This document shows, one piece after another, positions 13,625 to 26,713 of a stretch of 64,000 nt of DNA; positions within the stretch are counted from its first letter, which is position 1; every line of letters starts with the position of its first letter. The notes beneath the pieces were generated by a model. It worked only from the letters and a program-made list of their open reading frames with translations, did not search any database and was not told where the DNA came from. The stretch spans positions 32,937,051 through 33,001,050 of the forward strand of contig NC_069003.1 of assembly GCF_001194135.2 (NCBI RefSeq). Reading direction: 5' to 3'. Source of the DNA: Octopus bimaculoides (Eukaryota). Made by a program: the position numbers and the translations under genes.

Positions 13625-14375
13625 TTCACTGAGAAGAGAGTACTACATGGGTACTTAGCACGTAAAACGCAAACTATGGAAGGGATTGCTCATGTCAAAA
13701 GCTTGACATATAAGTACCGACAAGTTTATGACATCTCACTTTGAAGGCCACATCCATACAATCCCCAAACAAGATATTCCCACCAAGTACCTTCTACATA
13801 AAAGGCAGAAAACGTTGACAGACGACAAATATAGGCTTTGCAAGACTAAGATTGAAGACATCAACCACATTTATTGTTAGATATTAATTTGGCAGAGAGA
13901 ATGTCTTGCGGATATTATCTTCCCATAAGGCATGATGCGGTGACCAGAACAGTCTGGGTTGGACCATATTGAGACAGACCGATGGTCAAAAGAATATTGG
14001 TGGAACTTGAAAATTAAAACAGCCACCAAGTTAAAGCACAACCGGCGAGATATATCGTTGAGTGGGGACCACAAAGAAAAGGTACTGTTGTGGGAATCAG
14101 CTGCCTTCTGGTCACGAATGTGGTTAGAAAAAGACAAGGGTTTGAGGACGTGTACAGATCATTGATAAGGGATTTGCAAATCCAGTACCCAAGATACATT
14201 TTCAGATTCATACCTATTATTATGGAAGCAACTGGATACGTATCAGTCCGTCTGGAGCAAAATATGGCTGATCTTGGAATCTTGGCGAGAGAATTGCAAA
14301 TCCTGAATTCAGATGCTACAAAATGATCGTAATACCTGGGGCTATAAAATCTCTAAGATCTTCCTTATGATTTAA
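13625..14375 (+). mobile_element. Degraded non-LTR retrotransposon C-terminus with CCHC knuckle and restriction-like endonuclease (R4/Dong/NeSL-type)
   Basis: Frameshifted peptides KRVLHGYL..., KYRLCKTKIEDINHIYC, YYLPIRHDAV, KEYWWNLKIKTATKLKHNRRDI, GISC..., YRSLIRDLQIQYPRYIFRFIPIIMEATG: CxxC..H..C, RHD and (P)DI/SC(P) hallmarks of RLE-clade LINEs. Confidence 0.8.
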
Positions 14376-14985
14376 AGGATGACGGTTAAATCTAGATACT
14401 TTTCTTCACAACCATGCTACCAAGTACGGGGGGGGGGCGGTCAAAATTTACTCTCAATTAAAAAGAGAAAGAGAACATACACACACACACACANNNNNNN
14501 NNNNNNNNNNNNNNNNNNNNNNNNNNNNNNNNNNNNNNNNNNNNNNNNNNNNNNNNNNNNNNNNNNNNNNNNNNNNNNNNNNNNNNNNNNNNNNNNNNNN
14601 NNNNNNNNNNNNNNNNNNNNNNNNNNNNNNNNNNNNNNNNNNNNNNNNNNNNNNNNNNNNNNNNNNNNNNNNNNNNNNNNNNNNNNNNNNNNNNNNNNNN
14701 NNNNNNNNNNNNNNNNNNNNNNNNNNNNNNNNNNNNNNNNNNNNNNNNNNNNNNNNNNNNNNNNNNNNNNNNNNNNNNNNNNNNNNNNNNNNNNNNNNNN
14801 NNNNNNNNNNNNNNNNNNNNNNNNNNNACATCTATATACATATATACATCTATATACATATATACATCTATATACATATATACATCTATATACATATATA
14901 CATCTATATACATATATACATCTATACACATATACATCTATACATCTATATACATACATACATCTATATACATACATACATCTAT

Positions 14986-15016
<31 letters not shown>

Positions 15017-15320
15017 CATATATATACACACACACACACATCTATAATACATATTGCAGACATGTACATATGTGTGATTTCCTGCTATCAACATCCAAAA
15101 ACTTCCTTCTCTGATTATTCAAATGTGATCAGTCATCATTATCATTAACTACCACCCCCGAAACCAAACCAAACCAAACCAAATCCAACAAGTTAACTTA
15201 ACGATCGAGTGTGTTTATCATTCATCATATATCAATCACAGAACACATAAACCACAAATGCTAAGGAAACAATTAAAAATACAATGAAATATACAATATA
15301 TATATTATAAATATTCTTAC

Positions 15321-15416
15321 CTCATTTTCCTTGTGGTTACGAATTCCTCGTACAAGGTCCTGTAAATTCTTGTCCAAAACTCTTTCCAGAGTTCCTTTTA
15401 CTTTCTTTAACGCCAT
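15321..15416 (-). CDS. AP3D1: AP-3 complex subunit delta, coding exon 1 (MALKKVKGTLERVLDKNLQDLVRGIRNHKENE)
   Basis: ATG at 15416, 96 nt, gtaag donor at 15320-15316; joins in frame to exon 403-308 across a ~14.9 kb intron (includes N gaps). Matches the AP3D1 N-terminus MALKMVKGSIDRMFDKNLQDLVRGIRNHKEDE (from memory). Confidence 0.95.
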
Positions 15417-15586
15417 CACTTAAAATGTTTGACTATTTTCTTATCTAATATATAAATATATATATCTATATATGTGTATATATATATTTATGGGGGGGGG
15501 TGTATCTTTATGTCATATATAATATATTTATAAATATGCTTGGGAGGTGCAACACGAGAAAGAAGTACTCAATACATGGAGCATAT

Positions 15587-15623
<37 letters not shown>

Positions 15624-16240
15624 CGTATATATATCTATCAATCAGTGCTGAGGTGGATGGGTTTTTTTTCGGCTTTAAGCGATCATTTATATAATTCTAT
15701 ATTCGCGTATCCAAATGAATACTTAACCACCAAAACGATGTAGTATTTCTTTTAAAAAGGGGTGTTTCTTCGGTTGATGTTACTTTCATACATATTGTTA
15801 CATATAATGTATGTAGCATAGATCTATGCAGATATATATGGATATATATATATATATGTATATATGATACTTTTCGGTCCTTCTCTCTACTGCAACATAT
15901 TTTCCTTGCTCTCCAAAGATGAATCAAGTATCGAACCCAAAGCCAAGCTCCGTAAAAAAAGTCCAGGGAATTTAATTAAGTAAATAATAAATAACAAAAC
16001 TCAAAGATGAAGGTGTGTCGATGTCGAGGTTAAGTGTTGGTTTTGGTTCAATGAAAGCTAGTTGGTGTTTTAAATGAGGAGAAAAAGAAGGCCAGTGAGG
16101 AGAAAGATGGGAGGTATGTATTCGAGAAGATCTCTCTCTCGCTCTCTCTGCCTACCATGAATGTGTCTACAAAACTACAACAGATCTCACTGACAGACTC
16201 CAACACCAGAAACATTTCAACATGGCTTCGGTACGACTAC

Positions 16241-16259
16241 CACGTGACCTGGTGACGTG
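16241..16259 (-). promoter_or_regulatory. CLEAR/E-box-like GTCACGTG plus an adjacent TGACGT motif ~825 bp upstream of the AP3D1 ATG
   Basis: Plus strand cacgtgacctggtgacgtg; motif match only. Confidence 0.35.
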
Positions 16260-16328
16260 TAACACAAATATACAGGCTAAATTACAGCATATATACATAG
16301 AATGCACACACACATGTGTGTGTGCATG

Positions 16329-16383
<55 letters not shown>

Positions 16384-16516
16384 GTACATATTTATATACG
16401 CACACATTTATACGTATACATTTGAGTGCAAATTTACGAAACTATCGCCCTTCAGTCACTATGCCATTTCTGCCGATTATTAATTATATATGTGTGTGTG
16501 TGTGTGTATTTGTGTA

Positions 16517-16602
<86 letters not shown>

Positions 16603-16662
16603 CATATATATATATATACATGTATGTATGTATATATATATATAGATATGTGTGTATATATG

Positions 16663-16694
<32 letters not shown>

Positions 16695-16757
16695 TATTTA
16701 TGTATGTGTTTGTAATATGTATGTATGTATATGTTTCTATATATGTTTGTGTGTGTA

Positions 16758-16797
<40 letters not shown>

Positions 16798-19145
16798 ATA
16801 TATATATAATATATACATACATCTATATATATATAACTATANNNNNNNNNNNNNNNNNNNNNNNNNNNNNNNNNNNNNNNNNNNNNNNNNNNNNNNNNNN
16901 NNNNNNNNNNNNNNNNNNNNNNNNNNNNNNNNNNNNNNNNNNNNNNNNNNNNNNNNNNNNNNNNNNNNNNNNNNNNNNNNNNNNNNNNNNNNNNNNNNNN
17001 NNNNNNNNNNNNNNNNNNNNNNNNNNNNNNNNNNNNNNNNNNNNNNNNNNNNNNNNNNNNNNNNNNNNNNNNNNNNNNNNNNNNNNNNNNNNNNNNNNNN
17101 NNNNNNNNNNNNNNNNNNNNNNNNNNNNNNNNNNNNNNNNNNNNNNNNNNNNNNNNNNNNNNNNNNNNNNNNNNNNNNNNNNNNNNNNNNNNNNNNNNNN
17201 NNNNNNNNNNNNNNNNNNNNNNNNNNNNNNNNNNNNNNNNNNNNNNNNNNNNNNNNNNNNNNNNNNNNNNNNNNNNNNNNNNNNNNNNNNNNNNNNNNNN
17301 NNNNNNNNNNNNNNNNNNNNNNNNNNNNNNNNNNNNNNNNNNNNNNNNNNNNNNNNNNNNNNNNNNNNNNNNNNNNNNNNNNNNNNNNNNNNNNNNNNNN
17401 NNNNNNNNNNNNNNNNNNNNNNNNNNNNNNNNNNNNNNNNNNNNNNNNNNNNNNNNNNNNNNNNNNNNNNNNNNNNNNNNNNNNNNNNNNNNNNNNNNNN
17501 NNNNNNNNNNNNNNNNNNNNNNNNNNNNNNNNNNNNNNNNNNNNNNNNNNNNNNNNNNNNNNNNNNNNNNNNNNNNNNNNNNNNNNNNNNNNNNNNNNNN
17601 NNNNNNNNNNNNNNNNNNNNNNNNNNNNNNNNNNNNNNNNNNNNNNNNNNNNNNNNNNNNNNNNNNNNNNNNNNNNNNNNNNNNNNNNNNNNNNNNNNNN
17701 NNNNNNNNNNNNNNNNNNNNNNNNNATATATATATATATATATATACGATGGGCTTCCTTCAATTTCTGTCTACTAAATCCACTCACAAGGCTTTGGTCA
17801 GCCCGAGGTTATTATAATAGAAGACACTTGCCCAATGCGTCATGTAGTGGGACTGAGCTGGGAACCATGTGGTCAGGAAGCAAGGTTATTACCACACAGC
17901 CATACCTGGGATTGGGTCATAAATAAAAGAAGACATGATATATCTGTGCATGTCTGCACACCTATTGCATATGTGTGTNNNNNNNNNNATCATCATCATC
18001 GTTTAACATCCGCCTTCCATGCTGGCATGGGTTGGACGAACTGACTGAGGGCTGGCAAGCCAGAAGGCTGCACAAGGCTCCAATGGATGGGATGGTTTCA
18101 CAAGAGCTGGCCAGACAGAAGCCTGCACCAGACTTCTGTGACTGACTTGGCAGGATTTTACAGCTGGATGCTCTTCCTAACACCAACCACTCAGCAGAGT
18201 GGGACTTAGTGCTTTTACGTGGCACAAGCACTATAAATATACAAATATATATATGTATATATATACATATATATATTGTTGTACTTGGGGATGGTCATAT
18301 TGCCAGTTTAGCCAATAAAAACACACGCACCGTATATTTGGTGTTAATTTGCTTCAGCTTTATATTACATTAATCTTAATCTTATTTCGGCCAGAGTTCT
18401 TTCGTCACACTTCTGTGACCTCATCAGTGGTCCTTTGTTTCCTTCCTTCTTATGTGTGTCTCACCTTGCTAAATATCAGCCATTTTGCAAAACAAATATG
18501 TATATATATACANNNNNNNNNNNNNNNNNNNNNNNNNNNNNNNNNNNNNNNNNNNNNNNNNNNNNNNNNNNNNNNNNNNNNNNNNNNNNNNNNNNNNNNN
18601 NNNNNNNNNNNNNNNNNNNNNNNNNNNNNNNNNNNNNNNNNNNNNNNNNNNNNNNNNNNNNNNNNNNNNNNNNNNNNNNNNNNNNNNNNNNNNNNNNNNN
18701 NNNNNNNNNNNNNNNNNNNNNNNNNNNNNNNNNNNNNNNNNNNNNNNNNNNNNNNNNNNNNNNNNNNNNNNNNNNNNNNNNNNNNNNNNNNNNNNNNNNN
18801 NNNNNNNNNNNNNNNNNNNNNNNNNNNNNNNNNNNNNNNNNNNNNNNNNNNNNNNNNNNNNNNNNNNNNNNNNNNNNNNNNNNNNNNNNNNNNNNNNNNN
18901 NNNNNNNNNNNNNNNNNNNNNNNNNNNNNNNNNNNNNNNNNNNNNNNNNNNNNNNNNNNNNNNNNNNNNNNNNNNNNNNNNNNNNNNNNNNNNNNNNNNN
19001 NNNNNNNNNNNNNNNNNNNNNNNNNNNNNNNNNNNNNNNNNNNNNNNNNNNNNNNNNNNNNNNNNNNNNNNNNNNNNNNNNNNNNNNNNNNNNNNNNNNN
19101 NNNNNNNNNNNNNNNNNNNNNNNNNNNNNNNNNNNNNNNNNNNNN

Positions 19146-19189
<44 letters not shown>

Positions 19190-20285
19190 GAAAGCTGCTA
19201 TATACAATATAAAACCAAAAGGGAAAAATTCAATTGTCATTAACTGTGACTTAGGGCGCTGGGTATCACCCATATTGCTAGAAATAAGAGTTAAAAATCC
19301 TTAGAGCTGCAAGAAAGCACACTTTCATATACTGACAGGGGAGATCACCGCCCCACAGTGAGCAAGATCACTATACTAGTCTAGCTTCGCTTAGAACTTA
19401 CAAGCTCATCAGTAGTGACTACTCCATCACTGGATGATTTGACTAAATCCTGACTGTCAGTATGTATATTTACCATATGAATTTATGGCTGATTCAGCAA
19501 AATGCTATTGTGAAAATTTAAAATAACAAAAGGCAGCCATATGTAATATAAAGCCGAAAAGGAAAAGTTCAATTGTCACTAATCTTGACTGAGGGTACCA
19601 TGTAGCACCTATATATAAAACTATATACATTCTCTTAAATGTTGACTAGACCTAGACTAAGAATGTTAGTTAGAAGTGAATATGTATCCATATATGAATA
19701 GATATACAGGGGTGTATCTATTTATATAGACATCCCCACATATATATTTGTAGCACCATTGGGAAAAAGTACTACATTTTAACATGAAATAGCTAAAAAT
19801 TGTTTTTTTTTCTTCCATTTCTGACCAGGGAAAGAGATCCACATGATATAAAACATAAAAATTAGGTTGATCTGTTTTTCTGAAACTTAAACGCTGCAAC
19901 TAGGTCGATATCTGAAACTAGGTTAATTTTCTCTTTTGTTTTCTTCCTTGGCCACCGATAAAAAACATGTTTTATCCATTGTATGTACTTTTAACAGCAG
20001 GGAAAAAAAAATGCATTTATTGAAAAACACAGCTTCATCATATATGTGTGTGTGTCTGCATGTGTGTGTGTGTGTGGATGCTTTTAATTTTTAATTTTTT
20101 GTAAAGCCAAAACAATAGAATTTATAAATAATAAAATAGTATAAGCCAATGGTTTGCTTTTTTTACCATCTATTTCAGTATTTCACAGTTAGGATCCCTT
20201 CTTCAGGAATTCTTTGAAGTAATGGTGCTGTGAACTGACTCCTTGTGTACATGTGTGTGTATATATATGTGTATATACATATATA

Positions 20286-20338
<53 letters not shown>

Positions 20339-21209
20339 NNNNNNNNNNNNNNNNNNNNNNNNNNNNNNNNNNNNNNNNNNNNNNNNNNNNNNNNNNNNNN
20401 NNNNNNNNNNNNNNNNNNNNNNNNNNNNNNNNNNNNNNNNNNNNNNNNNNNNNNNNNNNNNNNNNNNNNNNNNNNNNNNNNNNNNNNNNNNNNNNNNNNN
20501 NNNNNNNNNNNNNNNNNNNNNNNNNNNNNNNNNNNNNNNNNNNNNNNNNNNNNNNNNNNNNNNNNNNNNNNNNNNNNNNNNNNNNNNNNNNNNNNNNNNN
20601 NNNNNNNNNNNNNNNNNNNNNNNNNNNNNNNNNNNNNNNNNNNNNNNNNNNNNNNNNNNNNNNNNNNNNNNNNNNNNNNNNNNNNNNNNNNNNNNNNNNN
20701 NNNNNNNNNNNNNNNNNNNNNNNNNNNNNNNNNNNNNNNNNNNNNNNNNNNNNNNNNNNNNNNNNNNNNNNNNNNNNNNNNNNNNNNNNNNNNNNNNNNN
20801 NNNNNNNNNNNNNNNNNNNNNNNNNNNNNNNNNNNNNNNNNNNNNNNNNNNNNNNNNNNNNNNNNNNNNNNNNNNNNNNNNNNNNNNNNNNNNNNNNNNN
20901 NNNNNNNNNNNNNNNNNNNNNNNNNNNNNNNNNNNNNNNNNNNNNNNNNNNNNNNNNNNNNNNNNNNNNNNNNNNNNNNNNNNNNNNNNNNNNNNNNNNN
21001 NNNNNNNNNNNNNNNNNNNNNNNNNNNNNNNNNNNNNNNNNNNNNNNNNNNNNNNNNNNNNNNNNNNNNNNNNNNNNNNNNCAGTTCTTGAAAAGACATG
21101 TCAAACTAATTAAAAGCATAGTTGTCCTTGCATACAGGCTGTTCTGTGCATCCCTCTCCATCTGAGCATTCCTAACCTTGTAGGCTCGTAGGTGCTTATC
21201 ATATATATC

Positions 21210-21270
<61 letters not shown>

Positions 21271-22100
21271 TTGTCCCCCTCCACCACTTGACAACATCAG
21301 TTGTCAAGTGGTGGTGGCAAAAAGAGATCAGTAGAATAAGAACCAGGCTTAACAAACAAACCAAGTACTGGGATCGATTTATTTGACTAAAAATTCTTCA
21401 AAGCAGTGCTCCAGCATGACCTCAATCAAGATAAAAGATAAATGATATAAGATATATATGACAGGCTTCTTCACATTTTCACTCACAAGTTATTGGTTAT
21501 CGATCAACACAATGCCATGATAAAAGACACTTGCCTAAGACGTCACATGTTGCCACTGAATTCACAACATCGTGGCTGGAATGTAATCTTAACTACACAG
21601 TTATGTCTATGTCTTACGATAACAAATCTAAATGATTAGTTATCTCAAGAAGTTAAATTTATGGTCTGGAGCAAGTCAGGAGATCATGATGTTCCTGATT
21701 AGGCGAGAAGCTTCTGCTGATGTCCATGTGTTTCACTTAGGGATCCTCTATGCCAGTGCTACTCATATATATATGTGTATGTATGTATGTACATATATAT
21801 ATATATAAATAAGTATGTATGTATGCATGCACCCATGTGTGTGTTATGTATGTATATATGTACATATGTATTTATGTGTGTTTAACATAGTTATTTTCAT
21901 GTGAGGCCAAAAAGAGTGTTACTACATGGTCGTTTGGCCTGCTAGAAATAACCATCAATTCTCCCTCAAATTACGTTTTACAGTCTATAGAACACTGGAT
22001 GATGTAGTCTAGATTAATGCTACTCAAAGTGGTGGTCCGTGAGCCATCAGCTGCTGGTACATGGCGAGTTTCCAGAAAAGAAAGAAACGTTATAGTTTGA

Positions 22101-23207
22101 AGTTTCGTGATATCTCGCGCAACCAAATCCAAAACGGAGATGTTACAACCATTTTATAAGTGGAACATTTGAAAAGTTCGAATTGGAAAGCATGAAACCT
22201 TAACTAATGAAGGAAATCCACAAATAAAGATATATTTATCCACCAATGCAGTGTTGAGTAGTTGTTCTTACTGTTCGTCTCTACTGTATGTATATAAAGA
22301 TATTCTTTTCTGGAATAGTATATCTCGAAGCACACACACAAAGCTATAAATAGAATGATGTGGGTTCGAATCTCATTCGAGGGGTCTTGTCTTGCAAATT
22401 ACTTACTGACCTCAACCAGTGCTAGTGTCGTGTAAACACCACCCTGCACACTACGTAATTTAGTTGGCATTAGAAAGAACGTCCAGCTGTAGAAACCATG
22501 CCAAAGCAGACGGCAGGGCTTTGCGCAATCTTTTGACTTGTCAGTTCCTGTCGGACCGTCCAACCCATACCACCATGGAAAGCAGGCGTTAAACGGTGAT
22601 GACGACGACGACGATGGTATATTTGTGGAGTACTCTCAACGTTGTTATTCGTATGGCTGAAAATCCTAGCGCCTCTATTCGGGAGCCAACTATAATTATC
22701 TTCTATCATGTTCCTATTAAAAATACTTCAATTTGCGCAGAGCATGCATACACATTTATTATACAATTACGTGTCCCTCAAATTGCGGGCAGCAAGTGTA
22801 AACACGCACAGACATGTGCCGTCGTTTTCAAGATTAATAGTAATGTAAGGAAAGCAACAACTGCCAGTCTCCGGAATAATTACCTCCCTTTTACCAATCC
22901 TATTTTATTTTGTATTTCGTATCACCAAATTTAGTTTCGTGATATCTCGCGCAACCAAATCCAAAACGGAGATGTTACAACCATTTTATAAGTGGAACAT
23001 TTGAAAAGTTCGAATTGAAAAGCACGAAACCTAAACTAATGAAGGAAATCCACAAATAAAGATATATTTATCCACCAATGCGGTGTTGAGTACTCGTTCT
23101 TACTGTTCGTCTCTACTGTATGTATATAAAGATATTCTTTTCTGGAATAGTATATCTCGAAGCACACACACAAAGCTATAAATAGAATGATGTGGGTTCG
23201 AATCTCA
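22101..23207 (+). repeat. ~275-bp near-identical direct duplication (22101-22375 and 22933-23207)
   Basis: Both copies run agtttcgtgatatctcgcgc...gggttcgaatctca with only a few substitutions. Confidence 0.9.
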
Positions 23208-23789
23208 ATGGCAGCCTTTGATTTTTTTCTAACCAAAAGGGTTAGACCAGACGTTTTAATTAACTTTTTTTTAACTAAACACTTTGAAACTTTGGATACT
23301 GGCAGAATGTGTCACATAGAACAGCGTTTGCTCTTAACTTTTTGACAAAATTTTGTATCTCAGAAGTTAATTCGTGTTAAAGTTGTCGTATTTGGGTAAT
23401 TTTAACCAATCAATGACGTGTATTCAGCTGAATAAAATTACTGCTGATGTTTGCAAACAATAACTTCCGGGTCCATTATATATATACATATATATACACA
23501 CACATAAGATTGAGAAAAGAACCTATTTAGAAAGTCGAAAGACACCAACCTTTGGGAAGAAATTTCACAAAATGTGTGTAGGCTTTGCTTTTATAAATAA
23601 TGTGTAAGTGCTTTCTGTTCTTATCTCAATCTTAACTCTTTGAGAAAAAAATCTTCTCTCCAAATATTATAACTGTATCAAGGAATTTCCAAAATACTCT
23701 AAATATATATATATATATATACACATATATATATATGATGGGTTCTCTCATCATGAACAACAAATGTGAGTTCAGTAAAATAAAATGGT

Positions 23790-24030
23790 AATCATGTTCT
23801 ATGGACACGAATGTGTCCCTAGAGGCCTGCTGGTGCCTTACAAACCTTTCAGCAAAGGGAACGAGTTGAGGACTCAGTTTGCTCAAGTGATTGGGGATCA
23901 TTTACTATGTGTTTTCTTGAGTGGACGGCAAGGCCCGCATTGTTGGAGTCGACTTTGTTCAAATCTTTGAACTGAAGAGAAGCAGTACTGGTCCAAGATC
24001 CTGCGTTCTGATTCTTTGTTTTCTCAGGAA
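23790..24030 (-). mobile_element. Highly degraded RTE 3' fragment with C2H2-like finger
   Basis: Minus-strand peptide ...RSLC*KVCKAPAGL*GHIRVH resembles the RTE terminal CxxC..GL.SH.R.H motif. Confidence 0.45.
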
Positions 24031-24940
24031 GAAAAGGGAATGTGGTCAGGTAGGTGCAGACATAAGGTGCTGCAGATGTGGCTTTGTAGTTAGAAACTTT
24101 ATTCCCAACCCTGCGGTTCCAAGTTCAATTCCACTGTCTTTCTACTACATTCCAAGACTGACCAGAGCCTTGTGAGTAGATTTGAGACAGGAACTGAAAG
24201 AAGCCTATTGTGTGTGTGTCTGTGTGTGTGCACATGTGCTCTTGTGTTTCCTTGCCTTGACATTGCATGAAAGTGTTGTAAACGATTGTCCCCATCATAC
24301 AAGCAGTGTCATTCACTTCCAGTCTATTGCAAAAACACGTGTCTGACCTCGCTTAGAAACAGATGAGGGTTGATAATAGGAGGGGCATCCAGGCATGAAA
24401 AAACTTGCCGTGAGGGAACTCTGTCTAATCCTTGCCAGCAAGGAAAACAGACATTAAAGAATGATGATGATGATGATGACGACAACCTCTGTCTGACCCA
24501 TGCAAGCATGGAAAAGAGGATGTTAAATGATGACGACAATGATGATTGCAGTGTTTCACTTTCAAAACAAGTTTGAAATAAAGTCGAATAATTATAAATT
24601 AATTATAAATAAACCTGTAGAAAATTTCTTTTTTTTATATACATATTGACTTTAATTCATAATTTAAGGGGGAAAAAAGCAAAAAAAAAAAAAAAACAAA
24701 GAAAATATTGTAGAAGTTGTTGAAGACGTCTTCATAAACTCTAAAACAAACAGTTGTGGATAAGCCTTACCTTTCCAAAGAGAAAATAACTGACATATGC
24801 CTTAAATTAATGTTAGATGATTAATTATTTTATTAACACTGATGGAATGAATTTTCAAACTGTCAACATCATGTGTTACAAAAAAAAAAGAAATTATGTG
24901 GTCAACAGCTCAGAAAGCCATGCCATACTTGAAAAGATAA

Positions 24941-25020
24941 AATGTTTGAATTTAAAAACATTACCACTCATTCCCCCTCTCAGCGGGGAATGAGTGGTAA
25001 TGTTTTTAAATTCAAACATT
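24941..25020. repeat. Perfect 36-bp-arm palindrome with an 8-nt loop
   Basis: 24941-24976 is the exact reverse complement of 24985-25020; loop CTCTCAGC. Confidence 0.95.
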
Positions 25021-25165
25021 CTTATTGTTAAAAGAATGTGGCAAATTTATATCTATATACACACTTTTCTTGTGTATATTATAACTTAGTGTTGTGAGAA
25101 GGTTCCATTGCACAGCTTTTTTTTGTTTTTTAATAATTTTTTTTTTTTCATTAGTATTTTTATTT

Positions 25166-25606
25166 TTATCTTATTTCACCTTCGTTCAGAGACATTTTGT
25201 CGTTCATTAAGTCAGTTGCATTGCTTTCACTGTTTTTTTCGTAATCACCATGTTTGATGTCGTTAATTTGACAGTTGTTGAAAATTTCTTCTTTTTTTGA
25301 ACAGTTTATGTAGTCTTCTTCGTTATCACTTACTCCAGTCTGTTCTTCCTCGACCAACGGAGCAGATCTGGAGCTAACGGAACTCACAGAGAGTAAAACT
25401 TTATCGGATTCAGTAGGTGAGATCATTGCACCTGTTTGGTGAGAGTTTCCAATCGGAACTGCAGCAGATCCGTTAGCATTTTGGCTTTTTTGCAATGCTT
25501 TATCAGCTTCATCTAAAATACTCAGTTCTTTAAACATTTTTTCTGCATTCCGAAGAGCATTTTTCAATTCTTTGTCTTTAGTACGTTCACTAGCCAGCTC
25601 TCCTCT
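25166..25606 (-). CDS. Ankyrin-repeat protein, last coding exon (RGELASERTKDKELKNALRNAEK...EGEIR*; 146 aa, acidic/Ser-rich low-complexity tail)
   Basis: 3' part of ORF 25166-25729; gtattacag acceptor at 25607-25609, phase 0, TAA at 25168-25166. Total spliced CDS 40+32+43+33+33+146 = 327 aa. Confidence 0.85.
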   Translation of the reverse strand, partial: RGELASERTKDKELKNALRNAEKMFKELSILDEADKALQKSQNANGSAAVPIGNSHQTGAMISPTESDKVLLSVSSVSSRSAPLVEEEQTGVSDNEEDYINCSKKEEIFNNCQINDIKHGDYEKNSESNATDLMNDKMSLNEGEIR

Positions 25607-26614
25607 CTGTAATACAAGCAAAGATACAGCAGGTTTAACTATATATTTATAAGAGAGTATTGTAGTTCGCTTGAAGCATTGTGTATTGTTTGTAAAGAAT
25701 AAAAAGTTTTCAATGGTACAACAATGCACTATAATATAAAAAATGGACTATATATCTGTTGTAATTTAGTTATCTATAGTCCGATGATATTTCGGAATAC
25801 AATTCCTTACTCCATCTAAGAAGATCTGAAGAAGGAATTGTATTCCGAAATATCATCAGAATGTGACAAGGAAGGCCCTTTGAATTACAGGTACAATTCA
25901 TTTTTGCCAGCTGGGTGGACTGGAGCGATAGGAAATAAAGTGTCAGGAATTGAACTCATGATCTTACGATCATGAGTTGAATACTCTAACCACTAAGCCA
26001 TGCACCTTCATGTGTTATATATGCAATTATTAAATCATATATTATGCACTTTATTGTGATTTGTTATGTGTGGGATGCCTAGGTCTGGAAAAAATTGTCC
26101 TGCATGAAAGTGGAAAGGGTAGGGGACTGCTGCTCTAAAGATAAGACAACAGAATTGTCTAACCCATGCCAGCATGGAAAGTGGACGTTAAACGATGAGA
26201 ATGATGATGATGAATTATAACAATAGTAAAACATAATGAAAGCCTGATGAAAGCTTCATAACACAGACATGTCACAATGGAAGTTGCATGTCAAACAGCA
26301 TAGTAACTAGAGACATCTCCAACTATAATTATTTCTATATAGTGATAATCTAACAAATTGGATTGTTAAATCAATATTTTGGATTGGTTCCAGTTTGCAT
26401 TGATATCGAGTCTCGTTGCCATGGTGAACATTTATTTTCTTGATGATTTTGAGAATCATCATCATCATCATCACACTTTTTAAAGAAAAATGGTAACACA
26501 ATGAAGAACACAACTGGCTGGTAACATCCTGCCACAAAGAAAAGTACAGAAAAACAAGATGTAAAATAAATATGGAATTAGAAATGAGGTTTGTTGGCAT
26601 TTTTCTCAACTCAC

Positions 26615-26713
26615 TTCTCCTTTAACAGTAGGATCACATCCGGCTTCTAACAACAAATATACAACTTCCTTTTGGTCTCGATCGGTTGCCCAGTGTAAAG
26701 CAGTCCAGCCATT
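26615..26713 (-). CDS. Ankyrin-repeat protein, coding exon 5 (NGWTALHWATDRDQKEVVYLLLEAGCDPTVKGE)
   Basis: 99 nt, phase 0/0, ttcag acceptor and gtgagt donor; GxTALHxA...EVVxLLLxAGxDP ankyrin consensus. Confidence 0.92.

Noticed and set aside
16107-16119. ATGGGAG|GTATGT as the first exon of a divergent plus-strand gene
   Set aside because: No downstream plus-strand coding exons found between 16 and 25 kb (gaps could hide them).
19190-19610. Degenerate ~80-bp direct repeats about 340 bp apart (similar case at 39667-39960)
   Set aside because: Too diverged, with no termini or TSD to assign; likely old local duplications.
6816-21287. Long ORFs of 200-400 aa in the ORF track
   Set aside because: They run through N gaps and (TA)/(CA) microsatellites; no real coding signal.
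24028-24049. 22-nt plus-strand micro-exon with good AG/GT signals
   Set aside because: Lies at the edge of a degraded RTE fragment; no partner exons forming a plausible protein.
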